Positions 9,150-19,081 of a DNA stretch of 64,000 nucleotides are shown one piece after another. Every line of letters begins with the position of its first letter. Positions within the stretch are counted from its first letter, which is position 1. Both the position numbers and the translations under genes were made by a program. The stretch spans positions 31,499 through 95,498 of the IMG/VR virus record IMGVR_UViG_3300037493_005685. One strand, written 5' to 3'. Below the pieces are notes generated by a model, which was given only the letters and a program-made list of their open reading frames with translations, did no database searches and was not told the DNA's origin. Origin of the DNA: a virus.

Positions 9150-11170
9150 ACCTTTCTAGTATGTAGGCAGAAATACTACAGAACCATACTTGTAGGTACA
9201 CTGCCAAACCGGACCATTTTGTAGCTTGAAACTTGTACCAGATGCAACTAAATTTTTTAGGCTAAACAGGGGTAGAGGACATTAAGTTGTTTAGTACCCC
9301 TTAAAGAGTTAATAGATTTATGTCCATGTTATAGATTTAAAAGATACTCAAGTGTCACACGGTTATTAAAAAGTATGTGAGCTACAAGATACGATTAATA
9401 CAGGCTTAGCCAGTAAAAAAGAGGGCTTACAAACTTATTCTGTTAAAACGTGAAAAACAGACATCGGTACAAGCCGAATAAGTCGTTAAGGAGGCTAAAC
9501 AAGCAACAAAGAAAACGTAATGAAAACCAGAAAGGACAATGATTACGCTAAAGGGTAACGATTAATAAGGCGATACAAAAGGTACGATACAAACCGATTT
9601 AGTGGGTACGTTTGAGAAAGGGCCAGGTAGAAAAAAAAGAAGAACAAAAACAAGGCGAGAGGGAGCAAGCATCGTGTTTTGTAAGTATGAGACTAAGTAG
9701 TCAAGTAACAACAAAGCAACAACAAAATAACTAATAATTACAGTTAGTTAAAGGCCAAAAAGGGCGTACACGTCTTAGCAACGTAACCCCTTGTCTCTCG
9801 GTACATACATAAGGTCAACCAATAGAGGACGAACACGAACGCACCCCTCCGGACAGAATTCGCACCTACATGTAGGGACATGTCAGTACGATGTATGTAT
9901 GCAGAGCGTTTTTTTCGTGATTGGGGGGGCTTTGTTATGTAAAGAGGGAGTATTAAATAGATTGCCAAGATTTTTAGAGCAATTTCGCACCGTCTCCAAC
10001 CTTGAAAATAGGCCAAGGGAAGCCTTCCTTTTCCCAGGAAAACCCCAACAACCCAACGGCGCAACGGCTCTAGCGGCCCTTCAAAGAAGGGGGGCACCTG
10101 CTGAAGACTAACGAAGTACTCATAGCAAGATAAGGCCCGGAGAACCGACCCTACAAGAGTAGCCAACAGACTTATCCGAAGAAGCGTATCCAAGAGTACC
10201 TTTAAAAAGGGCCTAATAAGGGAAAACAGGGATACACAGTCAAATAGGAACAGTATGAGATACTAATGGATAACGAGAAATGAAAAACGAATTTATAGTG
10301 AACTAACCACTACTTACATACTATCTTATAGATTAAAAATAGTAGTAGTAGGGCTATCTGGCCTTTATCCCATCCACTCACGTTTCTCTTTGTTTCGCTG
10401 CATTTCCCTACCTTTTCTGTGGGCTGACAAGCCTTACCTACCATTCCAACACTGCTAACCTACAGCCCTCACTTATCTTCGACTACCTCTGTCTCTAGTT
10501 TTAGCTCTTCTTCGCCGGTTTTTTACCCTCACCCTCTACCTTCGTTATGCTCGTACTGTTCTAGGGCGACTTTGACCCTCGACAAACCTGGCAAATATCC
10601 CTTCGTATCCTCTTGACCCTTTCTCGTGCAATATCCTTGTCTTACCTTGCCTGTTTTTGTGCGGTACGAACTATTGTAGGTAAATAGGCAAAAGCTGCAT
10701 ACTTAAATTGAGGCTTACATTTTCGCTGAAACCTTTGTAATCCTGCACCTTTACGTGTTATGTACCTTTCATTTGTGCAATTTGTCTTATGCTCCTTCTG
10801 CATTTCGTGTGAGTGTCCTACTGCCTATATTCGAGTACACAGTTCTTTTAAGTCTTTATCTGCCGATACAGCGCCGTTATATAACTTTTTAGCCTCTGGC
10901 TCAGCTCCCTACTTTTCTTATAGCCTTGGTATGTTCGAGTAACATTTAGGTTGTTAGTCCCTACTTCGACTGGTCGGGCTCCATTACTTTCGTCCTACTT
11001 TTCGGTGTACCAATTATAACGGATAGCGCGTATGCATGGAATCCGGTTCCACTGTTCTTGCCTCTTTGGTTACTTGTTCGGTCCAATCCCCCTTGGCTCC
11101 CCCCTCTACCGTATATAATTTTTTGACTACCTATACTTACACGTAGGTTTATTCCCTCCCTTATCCTACT
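9150..11170. other. long non-coding region with purine/pyrimidine skew switch; candidate replication origin
   Basis: + strand A/G-rich from about 9400-10320, then C/T-rich from about 10360-11170; flanking large genes diverge. Confidence 0.5.
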
Positions 11171-11182
11171 GTGTTACTTAGG

Positions 11183-11542
11183 TTATTTACGGCAAGCCTT
11201 GCAGACATTACGAACGCGGCTATCATCCAGAAGTACTTCGAGTGTCTCTATATCGAGCAGACCGTCTTCCAGGCGCTGCTTCATCACGCAGCCACATACC
11301 GCACATACCCATTGTGTGTAGAAGCACTTGTGACGGACGGAGTATCTCAGACGTGGTATGAGGGAGATTTGCTGTCGCACATAGTGTTCAAAGAGCATAC
11401 CATGTACGCCAATGTACAACAGGGCCAGCACAGATACCCCAAGAGCCCAGTAATCCACGTATGTCGCCACGTCAGCATCCACATCTCCCCGGATAGCCCC
11501 TTGAACAAAGCATAGTTCACCTTTGTGACCCCCACAGCCCAA
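11183..11542 (-). CDS. possible small zinc-binding protein
   Basis: CAVCG...CKAC motifs; start uncertain. Confidence 0.35.
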   Translation of the reverse strand: MGCGGHKGELCFVQGAIRGDVDADVATYVDYWALGVSVLALLYIGVHGMLFEHYVRQQISLIPRLRYSVRHKCFYTQWVCAVCGCVMKQRLEDGLLDIETLEVLLDDSRVRNVCKACRK

Positions 11543-11598
11543 ACGGCCCTTACATCTCTTGTCTTCTACGTACGTCGTTTTCGACGTAGACTTTCTCT

Positions 11599-13683
11599 AT
11601 GCAAAGACATCAATCCCACAGAGACGACGAGCCGTTTGACCTCTTTACGAAGTTGGACCCTGAGAATCCTTTGCACGTGTGGAATGACGCTGCCAACGAC
11701 ACGACAGAGGGTCGTCAGCGTTTATTGATAGACGGCCCTTACGTTAAGCGCGCCTATGACTTTCAGGGAAACCTGCGTCGTTTCTTTAAGCCCAACCCTT
11801 ACAAGAAGATGCCCCTTGAGGCTCTGAGCGACATTAAGCCTTCCAGCTTCGAGGGCAAGCACCCTGACGACTTCTTGTTCTATAACAAGGCTCTTAACAA
11901 GAACATCGATGCTCTTAGTGAAGAGGACCTAGCTGCCTTCTATCACGGGCACAAGCAAAAGGTGCAGGCTGCCCAAGAAGCCGTTGACCAAGAGGCCGCT
12001 GAGCAAGCCGCAGCTGAAGAGGCAAGGGTACAGGCCCTCCTTCAAGAGCACATCACCAAGTCCAACAAGGCCACTCACAACGTTGGCACCGATGTGATGC
12101 TTGGCACAGGTGGTCTTGGTGCAGGTCTTTACGGCGGAAAGAAGGTCTATGACACTCTGAGAGAGAAGGGTGCGGCTGCTCCTCCCACTCCTACCGAGGC
12201 TGCTCTCTTCTTGAAAGACGCCATCAAGAAGCTGACGTTGTTTCATCCTGAGAAGTTAACAAGCCCAAGGGACCTAGATTCGCTTGGAGCCCATGTACGA
12301 GAGTACGTTGCAGCTCTTCCTCCTGAGGTTAAAGCTCAGATTAACCATCTTCACGGTGACTTTGAGGCTGGGCATGCTACTGCGCATGACATCTTAAAGG
12401 GCAACATTCCGGCTCCACCCATTAAGGCTGCTCCCCCACAACCCCAACAGCCCAAACAACATAACGACGCTAGCAGCTCATCCACCTCTAGCGACGCCGC
12501 CCCCTCCAAATCCAAGTGGCCCTTGTACACAGTTTTAGGTGTAGGCGGTGCTGGGCTTCTTGGGGGTGCGGGGGCTGTTGGGCATCACCTATACAAAGAA
12601 CGTGAGGCTGAGAATATGTTAAACAAAGAATCCGAGGAGCAACCCCTCAGCGAAGAGCAAATACAGACCCTACGCCTTATGTCTCTCACCCCAGAGCAGA
12701 GGGCTATGTACATGCAGGTTAACCCTGCTGGAGTACCAAAGATGGCAACCAATATGACGCCCGAGCATCTTAAGTCTCTTAGAGACGTGGATAAGAAGCA
12801 GGACAAGACCAAGTACCTACCCAAGAAGGTGCGGGGCATTCGGGAGGAATCCAAAGAAGCAGGCGTACGTGACTTCGTAAGCCGCCACCTAGGGCGCAAG
12901 AGCGAAGAGTTTATCCAAGGCCGCAAGGCTCTTGATGTGGCTGCCAAGGCTAAGAACGAAGAAGACCTCTTGGCCGCTTATGCCAAGAAGCGCGGTCTGC
13001 ATGTGGACGAGAAGGGTGTGATTGGTAACCCACCTGCCCCTAAGGAGCCAGGGTTCCTACAACGTAACAAATGGCCGCTAGGTATGGCGGCTGCTGGAGC
13101 TGGAGGTCTGTATATGCTCAACCAACAAGACAAGATGAGTTCCTACGACGAAACCCTATGCCGCCTGGGCCTAGCCAAGCTGGCTGCCAAGATGCCGCCG
13201 CCTATTCCATTGAAGGCAAAGGGGCCTGCCGCCTCGAAGGGCAAGCCCTTCTTCACTCCTTCTCAGTCCACCGCCGCTAAGAAGATGAGTGGTCCTGCTC
13301 CGGCTAAAGCTCCTTGGGAAGAAGCCCAAGATGTAAAGCTGTCCTTTGATAGGGGTTACGTTGACGCTCTTGCTTCTCTTAAGCTCGCTGGCGCTATGGC
13401 ACAGATGCTAAAGAAGGCGCCTATCCATAGTGGCGCAGCTCCCAAAGCGTATGCTGAAGGCTTTGGTGTGAGAGCTGCTAAGCCGGTGCAAGGGCCAGGA
13501 GCTGTGGATAAGGTTAAGGGTGCTGTGAGCGGTGCTGCTGATAAGGCTAAGAGCACCTGGGACAAGATGCCTACCTGGGGTAAGGGCATGGCTGCAGGTG
13601 GAGCGGGCCTAGGGCTGTTGGGAGCGGGTGCTGGCGTAGGCTCTGCTATGTCTTCTCCTGCTCCGGTTATCGTTAACCATTAA
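11599..13683 (+). CDS. putative internal virion polyprotein with several KxA/KxS-delimited modules
   Basis: 694 aa; TAGACT-N6-ATG; four Gly-rich hydrophobic segments; KMSSYDETLCRLGLAKLA and KLSFDRGYVDALASLKLA motifs. Confidence 0.75.
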   Translation: MQRHQSHRDDEPFDLFTKLDPENPLHVWNDAANDTTEGRQRLLIDGPYVKRAYDFQGNLRRFFKPNPYKKMPLEALSDIKPSSFEGKHPDDFLFYNKALNKNIDALSEEDLAAFYHGHKQKVQAAQEAVDQEAAEQAAAEEARVQALLQEHITKSNKATHNVGTDVMLGTGGLGAGLYGGKKVYDTLREKGAAAPPTPTEAALFLKDAIKKLTLFHPEKLTSPRDLDSLGAHVREYVAALPPEVKAQINHLHGDFEAGHATAHDILKGNIPAPPIKAAPPQPQQPKQHNDASSSSTSSDAAPSKSKWPLYTVLGVGGAGLLGGAGAVGHHLYKEREAENMLNKESEEQPLSEEQIQTLRLMSLTPEQRAMYMQVNPAGVPKMATNMTPEHLKSLRDVDKKQDKTKYLPKKVRGIREESKEAGVRDFVSRHLGRKSEEFIQGRKALDVAAKAKNEEDLLAAYAKKRGLHVDEKGVIGNPPAPKEPGFLQRNKWPLGMAAAGAGGLYMLNQQDKMSSYDETLCRLGLAKLAAKMPPPIPLKAKGPAASKGKPFFTPSQSTAAKKMSGPAPAKAPWEEAQDVKLSFDRGYVDALASLKLAGAMAQMLKKAPIHSGAAPKAYAEGFGVRAAKPVQGPGAVDKVKGAVSGAADKAKSTWDKMPTWGKGMAAGGAGLGLLGAGAGVGSAMSSPAPVIVNH

Positions 13684-13686
13684 AGG

Positions 13687-14196
13687 ATGACTACCATGAC
13701 ACCCAACAACGTAAAACAGGCATACGAGCTCGGTTACAACGACGTGCTCGAGTCGCTCCATCTCAAAGAAGCTGGCTTCTTCATGAACATGGCTGGTAAG
13801 GCCCGAGATCTAGGGTCTCGTGCAATGGGCGCTAGCCCTGGACATGTGGCAGCCCGTAGAACAGCTATTAACGAAGGCCGGGCAGCTGTCCAAGGGGCAA
13901 AAGAGACGAGTCAGCTTGCTGCCACCAAGGGCAAGTTCGAGCAGAAGGTACAGAAGATTCAGGGCGGTGCTCCCACTACTCCCCCAGCTGCTGGTGCAAC
14001 GCCTACCCCGGCTGCTGGCGCTGAAGGCGCTGCCACTGGTGCGGCAGACAAAGCCAAGGGTTGGTGGGCGCAGCGTTCTCCGTGGGCTAAGGCAGGTATT
14101 GGAGCTGCTGTGGGTCTGCCCATTGCTGGTGGCCTCTACGCCGCTGGTGGTATGAATCCTCCCCGGCCTCAGCAGTATCCTCCGCAGCAGCAGTAA
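13687..14196 (+). CDS. putative internal virion protein with N-terminal tag and C-terminal TM
   Basis: KQAYELGYNDVLESLHLKEA; C-terminal Gly-rich hydrophobic helix. Confidence 0.75.
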   Translation: MTTMTPNNVKQAYELGYNDVLESLHLKEAGFFMNMAGKARDLGSRAMGASPGHVAARRTAINEGRAAVQGAKETSQLAATKGKFEQKVQKIQGGAPTTPPAAGATPTPAAGAEGAATGAADKAKGWWAQRSPWAKAGIGAAVGLPIAGGLYAAGGMNPPRPQQYPPQQQ

Positions 14197-14275
14197 GCCT
14201 CAAAACAAAAAAAAGAAAGGGAACGCACACACCATTGTGTGGTTCCCCTTCTGCTAGGCAAGGAGGCGCGCGTTG

Positions 14276-14593
14276 TTACGCGGCCTTCTTCTCCTTGGCA
14301 GCCGCAGCCGCCGCCTTGTCGCGGGCTTCGGCTTCCTTCTCGAGGCGCTTGTTGAGGGCCTTGAGCTCGACCTTGTGGTTGGCGCTGTCCTCGATGTCCG
14401 CGAGTTCCAACTTCCTGATACGGGAGTTGGACTGCAGAATCTCTTCGAAGGCCAGTCTGTCCGCGAGGACTTCCTGCTTTGCCGACCTCTTGAAGATGCT
14501 GTTGCCTCCGATGAGGCCCAATTTCTTCGCGAGGTACATGGCGCCGACCGTGGACAGAGCGATTACGATAACCGTTGCGATTGTTTTGAACAT
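14276..14593 (-). CDS. membrane-anchored coiled-coil protein
   Basis: AAGGAG SD before ATG 14593; N-terminal TM; own GGTAAAAG motif at 14683-14690. Confidence 0.7.
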   Translation of the reverse strand: MFKTIATVIVIALSTVGAMYLAKKLGLIGGNSIFKRSAKQEVLADRLAFEEILQSNSRIRKLELADIEDSANHKVELKALNKRLEKEAEARDKAAAAAAKEKKAA

Positions 14594-14808
14594 GAGAGAC
14601 TCCTTGATGTCCCCCCTAACCACGGCCTTAACCGGGGGAGGGACTGCAGGGGGATGTCTAATCCCCATTGTTTCTACATTATCTTTTACCAAGGAATAGG
14701 GTCTGTTTCTGACGTTTAGGGGGGGAGGGGGGGGTACCCCCTCCCAGAGGCAAAAGCAGAGCCCTTTCGGGGTGCTTTAGGCTCTCTTACCTCCCGGTAA
14801 GAGAACCC

Positions 14809-15198
14809 CTAGATTCCGTGGGAGACGAGGGGATTAACCTCGATCTCCAAAGAGGCAGGTGCCGTGGCGGCGGCCTTTTTGGCGGCTTTGGCAGCTGCCA
14901 TTCGGGCACTGAATTCTGCGTCTCTGGCCTTCGCAACTGCCTCTTCCGCCTCATCCTCAGCTTCTTCCACCGCCTCGCAAACCGCCGAGGAGACGGACTT
15001 CCCTAGGTTGGAGAATCCTTTCTTTACCTCGGCCACGATGGCCGGGAGGCATGCCGAGAAGTCCGCGACCTCTTCGGCCAGGTCACAACCGGAGATATCG
15101 CTGCCGAAGCGCAGCATCGCGTTCATGGAGCAGGAGCCCGGCGCCGTCTTCGGCAGCTGGGCCAATACGAACAGGATGGGGTTCGGGTTGTAACGCAT
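14809..15198 (-). CDS. hypothetical Ala/Glu-rich protein
   Basis: GGAGG SD before ATG 15198; GGTAAAAG motif at 15263-15270. Confidence 0.7.
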   Translation of the reverse strand: MRYNPNPILFVLAQLPKTAPGSCSMNAMLRFGSDISGCDLAEEVADFSACLPAIVAEVKKGFSNLGKSVSSAVCEAVEEAEDEAEEAVAKARDAEFSARMAAAKAAKKAAATAPASLEIEVNPLVSHGI

Positions 15199-15314
15199 GG
15201 TTACACCTCCAAGTAGGGACGCAGCTTTCAAGCCCCTATAGCTCGAAATGGTCCTACATACTCTTTTACCAAAAAAGAGGCTCCTTTACGGTGTAAAGGA
15301 ACCCCTCCTAGGGC

Positions 15315-15476
15315 TTATAGCCCCATCCTGGTCATTGCGCGGTTTACATCATCGTTTACATCTTGGTTTACATCTGGTTGGGATAGTATCTCTGACGTTA
15401 CCTTGGACACAATAGTGCCAAGAGCTGCCATTGCTGCGGCCTTCAAGATACTCGTCACGAGTGCTTCCCAGTTCAT
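15315..15476 (-). CDS. 53-aa peptide with hydrophobic N-terminus (MNWEALVTSILKAAAMAALGTIVSKV...)
   Basis: Below ORF-track cutoff; AAAGGA SD; GGTATGAG motif at 15524-15531. Confidence 0.6.
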   Translation of the reverse strand: MNWEALVTSILKAAAMAALGTIVSKVTSEILSQPDVNQDVNDDVNRAMTRMGL

Positions 15477-15561
15477 TTGCGGTCCTTTCTGTTGAGAGAA
15501 ATGACCAGAGGGGTACGTACAACCTCATACCAAGTAAGAGTCTTATTTTTAAACGTGTAGC

Positions 15562-16020
15562 CTAAGTGATGTGTTTCCAGTCTTTACGGAGTTTTACTCG
15601 TGATATCTGTACCTGGCTAACACCGTATATAATCCCTAATTCGGCTTGAGTAAGTTTGCTTACCCTTATTGCTGTAATATCTTCTGCTCGTAGCTTAGCG
15701 CGCGCATTTTTACCGTAGTTAATCCTTCCTTTATTCAACATATCTTGTATATTTTCCGCTGGTGTAGCTACAAATAAGTGCTCGGGGTTAATACACTGCG
15801 GATTATCACACTTATGAGCTATAACCTTTCCTTTAGGTATACGCCCCACAAACACTTCATAGCTAGCTCTGTGTGCTTGTAGTGTGTGCCGCTTGTGGGT
15901 TCTAGGGTGTATGACTTCTGTTCGACCGTAACCATCCCGGTCTCTATACCCCGTCCATTCCCAACAACCGGACTCAGTATTTGTATTGTAGTGTTTTATT
16001 AGTTTTTCTTTTAAAGGCAT
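15562..16020 (-). CDS. HNH homing endonuclease (HNH_3 type)
   Basis: CWEWTG...GYG...AHRASYE...HKCDNPQCINPEHL...ENIQDM; C-terminal HTH. Confidence 0.9.
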   Translation of the reverse strand: MPLKEKLIKHYNTNTESGCWEWTGYRDRDGYGRTEVIHPRTHKRHTLQAHRASYEVFVGRIPKGKVIAHKCDNPQCINPEHLFVATPAENIQDMLNKGRINYGKNARAKLRAEDITAIRVSKLTQAELGIIYGVSQVQISRVKLRKDWKHIT

Positions 16021-16105
16021 GTAGCCAGACGCTCTACACATGTGTTGTGTCCTTTCGTCACAGTAAGTACTACGTATTTTTACCCAAGAAACCTACAATT
16101 TTCGC

Positions 16106-17251
16106 ATGCAAAAGACAGCCCAAGACCTAGCCCAAGTAGTCTTTGAGAAGCTAGCCGTCTCCCGTTGGCGGGAAGCTATATATAGTGGGGAGTTGAACAC
16201 GCCTGAAGCCGAGAAACTAAAGGCGTACATGGGTAAAGACCCAACACAGTACTCTGAAGGTCTTAGGCAGGGTACAATTAACCGCTTAGCTGACCGGCAT
16301 ATGAGCTATGATGAACATGAGCGCTTTACCCCGAGAGAACATCTACGAAATATAAAGAATAAATATATACCAAGTGGTGCTTTACCTAAGAATTATTCTT
16401 CGACTGAGCTGGTTACAGGTAATGTAAATGTCGCTCACCCCGAAGCTAAGAATCTAGGTTATATGGGAGGGCTTAAGGATAATCCAGAGCACCACAAGCA
16501 GCTTGCTAATCTAATTACAGGACATGAAGGACGAGAATCGGACTTCTCGTTTAAGAATTTAGATCACCGAGCCAACAAGTTATGGAATCGGTCACCTAGA
16601 AATGAACCCATCTTCACGGACACTGAAGCCAAGAACCGAATGTCACCTCGTGACTATGCTAAAACACAGTTACGTGAGGACATAGCTAGGCAAGAAGTAA
16701 TTAGTAAATTTAAGCGAAGGCATTTTAAGGAGACCTCTAGAGACTTTGCTCCAACGCCAAAGACATTACTGCCTAGAGAGGAGAGAGCTGCAACTTATAA
16801 AGCGTTGCAACACGCTTCAAACATGGAGTACGGTTACGGCGCTCCTAGAGCAGAAGTGATGAAGAACTTAGAGAACACCGTTGTAAAGCCTTTGATACGT
16901 AGAGGAGCTCATTTTGACCCTGCTGTTTTGATAGACGAGGCACGGAACGCACGTATGATGTCGCCAGAAGTAGCCAAAGCTATGGAGAATGTACGCAAGG
17001 GTACAGGAGAACAATCCTTAGTACGTAGTGTAACTAACACGCCCGTTGGAGCAGACACCTATTTACCAGGTAAAGATGCTAAGTCGATTGCAAATAAGGT
17101 GATGGACGAGAGTAGTAACAGGATGAAAGCTCATGCGAGCAAAATTACAGGTAAAGTCGAAGAAAATTTAACTAAGCTTGACCCGTGGGTACAGCGTGGA
17201 AGGTGGGCAGTCGACAAACTAAAGCGCGGAGTAGGACTACTCAAGAGGTAA
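16106..17251 (+). CDS. putative internal virion protein with N-terminal tag
   Basis: TACAAT-N6-ATG; MQKTAQDLAQVVFEKLA; 381 aa. Confidence 0.7.
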   Translation: MQKTAQDLAQVVFEKLAVSRWREAIYSGELNTPEAEKLKAYMGKDPTQYSEGLRQGTINRLADRHMSYDEHERFTPREHLRNIKNKYIPSGALPKNYSSTELVTGNVNVAHPEAKNLGYMGGLKDNPEHHKQLANLITGHEGRESDFSFKNLDHRANKLWNRSPRNEPIFTDTEAKNRMSPRDYAKTQLREDIARQEVISKFKRRHFKETSRDFAPTPKTLLPREERAATYKALQHASNMEYGYGAPRAEVMKNLENTVVKPLIRRGAHFDPAVLIDEARNARMMSPEVAKAMENVRKGTGEQSLVRSVTNTPVGADTYLPGKDAKSIANKVMDESSNRMKAHASKITGKVEENLTKLDPWVQRGRWAVDKLKRGVGLLKR

Positions 17252-17276
17252 AAAAGGGCCAGAGCCCTCTTTTCTT
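17251..17276. terminator. bidirectional intrinsic terminator
   Basis: AAAAAGGGC-CAGA-GCCCTCTTTT between convergent genes. Confidence 0.6.
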
Positions 17277-17277
17277 G

Positions 17278-17370
17278 TCAGTGCCCCTCCTTTTTCTTCT
17301 TCAGCCAACTTAAAATACTTCGAACAGTACCTACGAATAGCTTGGCCCATATAGATGGTTCCAGAATCAT
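17278..17370 (-). CDS. 30-aa cationic amphipathic peptide (MILEPSIWAKLFVGTVRSILSWLKKKKEGH)
   Basis: AAGGAGGT SD, GGTATAAG motif at 17391-17398, terminator after stop. Confidence 0.6.
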   Translation of the reverse strand: MILEPSIWAKLFVGTVRSILSWLKKKKEGH

Positions 17371-17435
17371 GTGCTTTACCTCCTTGTTTACTTATACCTC
17401 AATACTACCCTTGGTATTATTCCTACAATTTTCGC

Positions 17436-18083
17436 ATGCTAACACCCTACGAACAAGGCTACCAAGACCAGCTAGAGAAGCTAGGCTTCAGCTTTAACCC
17501 TATCAAGGGCTTAAAGAACATGTTTGGAGGGGCTAAACCAGCCGTAACCCCAACAGCCCAAGCCACCCAACTCCCCTTTGCGAAGACAAGAGTGAGTCTT
17601 AACCCAGGCCAACCATCTCCAAGTTCAGGTATGGGGCTACCTAGGCTAGCTGAACCAGGAAAAAGGACGCCTGGGTTGTTGGCCGAGGGTAAGCAGCTAC
17701 ACAAAGAACAACGCATCTACAATAAATCAGACGCTGCTATGCAGGGCTTCTACGCCCGGCACAACCCTGCCATGGTTGGGAAGCGTACAAACTGGAATCT
17801 CGATGCTGCGGAAGCTACCATACCTTACCCCGGTGATGCTGCGCACATCCAAAACCTCCAAGAAACCGACCGGCTTAACAAGGGTATCGAAGCTATTAAG
17901 GTAAAGAAGGCTCCGCAAGCAGGTGAAGTGGCCCTTAACACCCGTATGGTACGCCAGGGTAACCAGCTAGGCAGGGAAGCTGGTAATGAAATGCCTACCG
18001 CCATGAAGGTTGGCAGCTCTAACCAAAAAGAAGAACGCTTTGCAGCGTCCTTCTACGCGGGCCTCTACTCTTCAGTCGGCTGA
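17436..18083 (+). CDS. putative internal virion protein with N-terminal tag
   Basis: Start reassigned to ATG 17436 (TACAAT-N6-ATG); MLTPYEQGYQDQLEKLG. Confidence 0.7.
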   Translation: MLTPYEQGYQDQLEKLGFSFNPIKGLKNMFGGAKPAVTPTAQATQLPFAKTRVSLNPGQPSPSSGMGLPRLAEPGKRTPGLLAEGKQLHKEQRIYNKSDAAMQGFYARHNPAMVGKRTNWNLDAAEATIPYPGDAAHIQNLQETDRLNKGIEAIKVKKAPQAGEVALNTRMVRQGNQLGREAGNEMPTAMKVGSSNQKEERFAASFYAGLYSSVG

Positions 18084-18250
18084 GAAAGCAAGCCCACAAC
18101 GCGCTCTATCTCGATGGGGTGGATGTCCATCGATTTGAGGGCAGCGCGTAGGCCCTCTTCACGGTTTGTGTACCTCTGACGAGCGGCCTCAATCCGCTTC
18201 TTGAGGAGTTCGTACTCCTCTTTCGTCAAGTCACTGATGCGCCTCCTCAT
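18065..18250 (-). CDS. small hypothetical protein
   Basis: 61 aa with SD, follows lipoprotein gene. Confidence 0.55.
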   Translation of the reverse strand: MRRRISDLTKEEYELLKKRIEAARQRYTNREEGLRAALKSMDIHPIEIERVVGLLSQPTEE

Positions 18251-18265
18251 CCTCTGCCTTCCTTT

Positions 18266-19081
18266 CTACGGTGCGATACTTCCCTCACAACACGTCTGCC
18301 CATCCGGGCAGGCACCAGGAAGTATGACAGCCATCCAACCGAGACAACTATTTACACAACCCCATGCTCTTTTGGGGTCCAGGAGTATAGGCCGCATATC
18401 CTCCCCACAATCCAAGTCCGTCTCCCACCCCGTATCAGATGACCACAAGGGTGGGTCGAGACACTGACCGAATGCGTCCCACGACGACCCGTCGTTACAG
18501 GTGTCAGGGCCGGTGTCTGTGTCCGCCGTATCCGTGCCGGGGTCGCTGCCCGTATCGACTGTGTCGGTGCCGGGGTCGCTGCCCGTATCGATGGCAGGTC
18601 CGGTGTCTAAGCCAGTGTCCGTTTCGATGGCAGGTCCGGTGTCCGTGCTGGAACCGGTGTCTGTTTCTACGGCAGGTCCGGTGTCTAAGCCAGTGTCAGT
18701 CTCTATGGCAGGGCCGGTATCCATGCTGGAACCGGTGTCAGTTTCGATGGCAGGGCCGGTATCCATGCTGGAACCGGTGTCAGTTTCGATGGCAGGGCCG
18801 GTGTCCATGTTGGAACCGGTGTCTGTTTCGATAGCAGGGCCGGTGTCCATGTTGGAACCGGTGTCAGTTTCGATGGCAGGGCCGGTGTCCATGTTGGAAC
18901 CGGTGTCTGTTTCGATAGCAGGGCCGGTGTCAGCTGCCGTGTAAGAGGGGTAGTACGGGCTCTTCTTGCCCGTGTCGGTGGCAGGGATAGTGTCCACACT
19001 AGTGTCAGAGCCCGAGGGCTCGTCTACCAGCAAGGAACAGCCCATAAAGAACGCACAAAACACGATTGCTAGAGTTTTCAT
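18266..19081 (-). CDS. lipoprotein with Asp-Thr-Gly tandem repeats and Cys-rich C-terminal domain
   Basis: MKTLAIVFCAFFMG-C lipobox-like signal; AGGAGG SD; DTGPAIETDTGSxM repeats. Confidence 0.8.
   Translation of the reverse strand: MKTLAIVFCAFFMGCSLLVDEPSGSDTSVDTIPATDTGKKSPYYPSYTAADTGPAIETDTGSNMDTGPAIETDTGSNMDTGPAIETDTGSNMDTGPAIETDTGSSMDTGPAIETDTGSSMDTGPAIETDTGLDTGPAVETDTGSSTDTGPAIETDTGLDTGPAIDTGSDPGTDTVDTGSDPGTDTADTDTGPDTCNDGSSWDAFGQCLDPPLWSSDTGWETDLDCGEDMRPILLDPKRAWGCVNSCLGWMAVILPGACPDGQTCCEGSIAP
18502..18932 (-). repeat. coding tandem repeat, 42-nt (14-aa) unit with 36-nt variants
   Basis: About 9 copies of DTGPA(I/V)(E)TDTG. Confidence 0.9.

Noticed and set aside
9744-10193. ORFs in the skewed intergenic region
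   Set aside because: Non-ATG starts, no SD, composition explained by the purine skew
18502-18932. Regular 42-nt repeats as a CRISPR array
   Set aside because: No unique spacers; in-frame coding repeat of a lipoprotein; no cas genes
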